Source of the DNA: Candidatus Dadabacteria bacterium
Lineage (GTDB): Bacteria; Desulfobacterota_D; UBA1144; Nemesobacterales; CSP1-2
Assembly: GCA_040289575.1 (NCBI GenBank)
Contig: PSLL01000010.1
Span: forward strand, 54,377 to 84,160
Direction of reading: 5' to 3'
Length of the DNA stretch: 29,784 bases
Below, piece by piece: positions 29,222-29,784 of this stretch. The number at the start of each line of letters is the position of its first letter. Within the stretch, counting starts at the first letter, position 1. Below the pieces are notes generated by a model. It ran no database searches and had not been told where the DNA came from. It saw only the letters and a list, made by a program, of their open reading frames with translations. The translations under genes were made by a program, and so were the position numbers.

Positions 29222-29784
29222 TCAAATCTTCAGTAGACACGCCGCCGATTGGTCTACCAGCCAGAGGAGTCTCCCGTTTGTTGGATGTATGATCTGTGAT
29301 GGAAAGCGTTTGGGCTGGTAACCACCCTGAAGGACGCTCTGTAGAACTTCTGCTTTTTCTCCACCGCTGACAAGAAAGATGACGCGGTCGGCGTTATTGA
29401 TCACGGGTGGTGTGAGCGTAATTCTATATGTTTTGAGCTTCTCAACCCATGAGGCAGCGACGAGTCTTTGTGATTCGTAAATAACCTCGGTTCCGGGAAA
29501 GAGCGATGCCGTATGCCCATCGGGTCCCATTCCCAGGAGTATCATATCAAATTGCGGCAACTGTTTTGGCTCCAGCCTAAAGAACCGGCGCAGTTCCTGT
29601 TCATAATCCTCTGCCGCTTTATCCGCATCTGGATTCTCGGCTTTAATGCGGTGCACATTATCCGGTGGAACGGCCACCTTTGACAACAGAGTTTCATATG
29701 CCATTCGGTAGTTGCTGTCAGCGTGGTCAGGGGGGACATGGCGCTCATCGCCCCAGAAAAAATGAATCTTGTCCCACGGCAACT
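29222..29784 (-). CDS. pgl: 6-phosphogluconolactonase (5' truncated by window edge)
   Basis: Motifs FWGDERHVP, SNY, LLGMGPDGHTASLFP, RITLT and G.EKA. Confidence 0.95.
   Translation of the reverse strand, partial: LPWDKIHFFWGDERHVPPDHADSNYRMAYETLLSKVAVPPDNVHRIKAENPDADKAAEDYEQELRRFFRLEPKQLPQFDMILLGMGPDGHTASLFPGTEVIYESQRLVAASWVEKLKTYRITLTPPVINNADRVIFLVSGGEKAEVLQSVLQGGYQPKRFPSQIIHPTNGRLLWLVDQSAACLLKI

Noticed and set aside
1..29784. tRNA, rRNA, CRISPR arrays, transposases, integrases, prophage or defence genes
   Set aside because: None recognised; intergenic spaces are short and show no cloverleaf, repeat-spacer or terminal-inverted-repeat pattern by eye.

Overview
Bacterial chromosomal segment. 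Gene content and protein style suggest a Desulfobacterota/Deltaproteobacteria-like lineage such as Ca. Dadabacteria (inference only). The left end is the tail of a surface-glycan locus: two GT4 glycosyltransferases and a heavily decayed long-form glucose-1-phosphate thymidylyltransferase pseudogene. Housekeeping genes follow (queA, rlmD, argG, pgeF, rluD) mixed with several unknown ORFs. A near-consensus sigma-54 promoter precedes an unknown protein and a PAS-GAF-PAS hybrid kinase. Next come a lytic transglycosylase, an rpoN-hpf-ptsN-hprK-rapZ-EIIA(Man) operon that lacks its usual lptB and HPr neighbours, and TPR, DUF2905 and zincin genes. Two luciferase-like (putative F420-dependent) oxidoreductases are present. 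The right end holds a three-gene signalling operon in which both histidine kinases are split by out-of-frame internal deletions, then a partial pgl. I saw no tRNA, rRNA, CRISPR array, mobile element or defence system. I cannot support a clearly new biological system. The best leads are the sigma-54-driven unknown-protein/kinase pair, the broken CHASE3/heme-PAS/GAF operon, and the shared GAF module.
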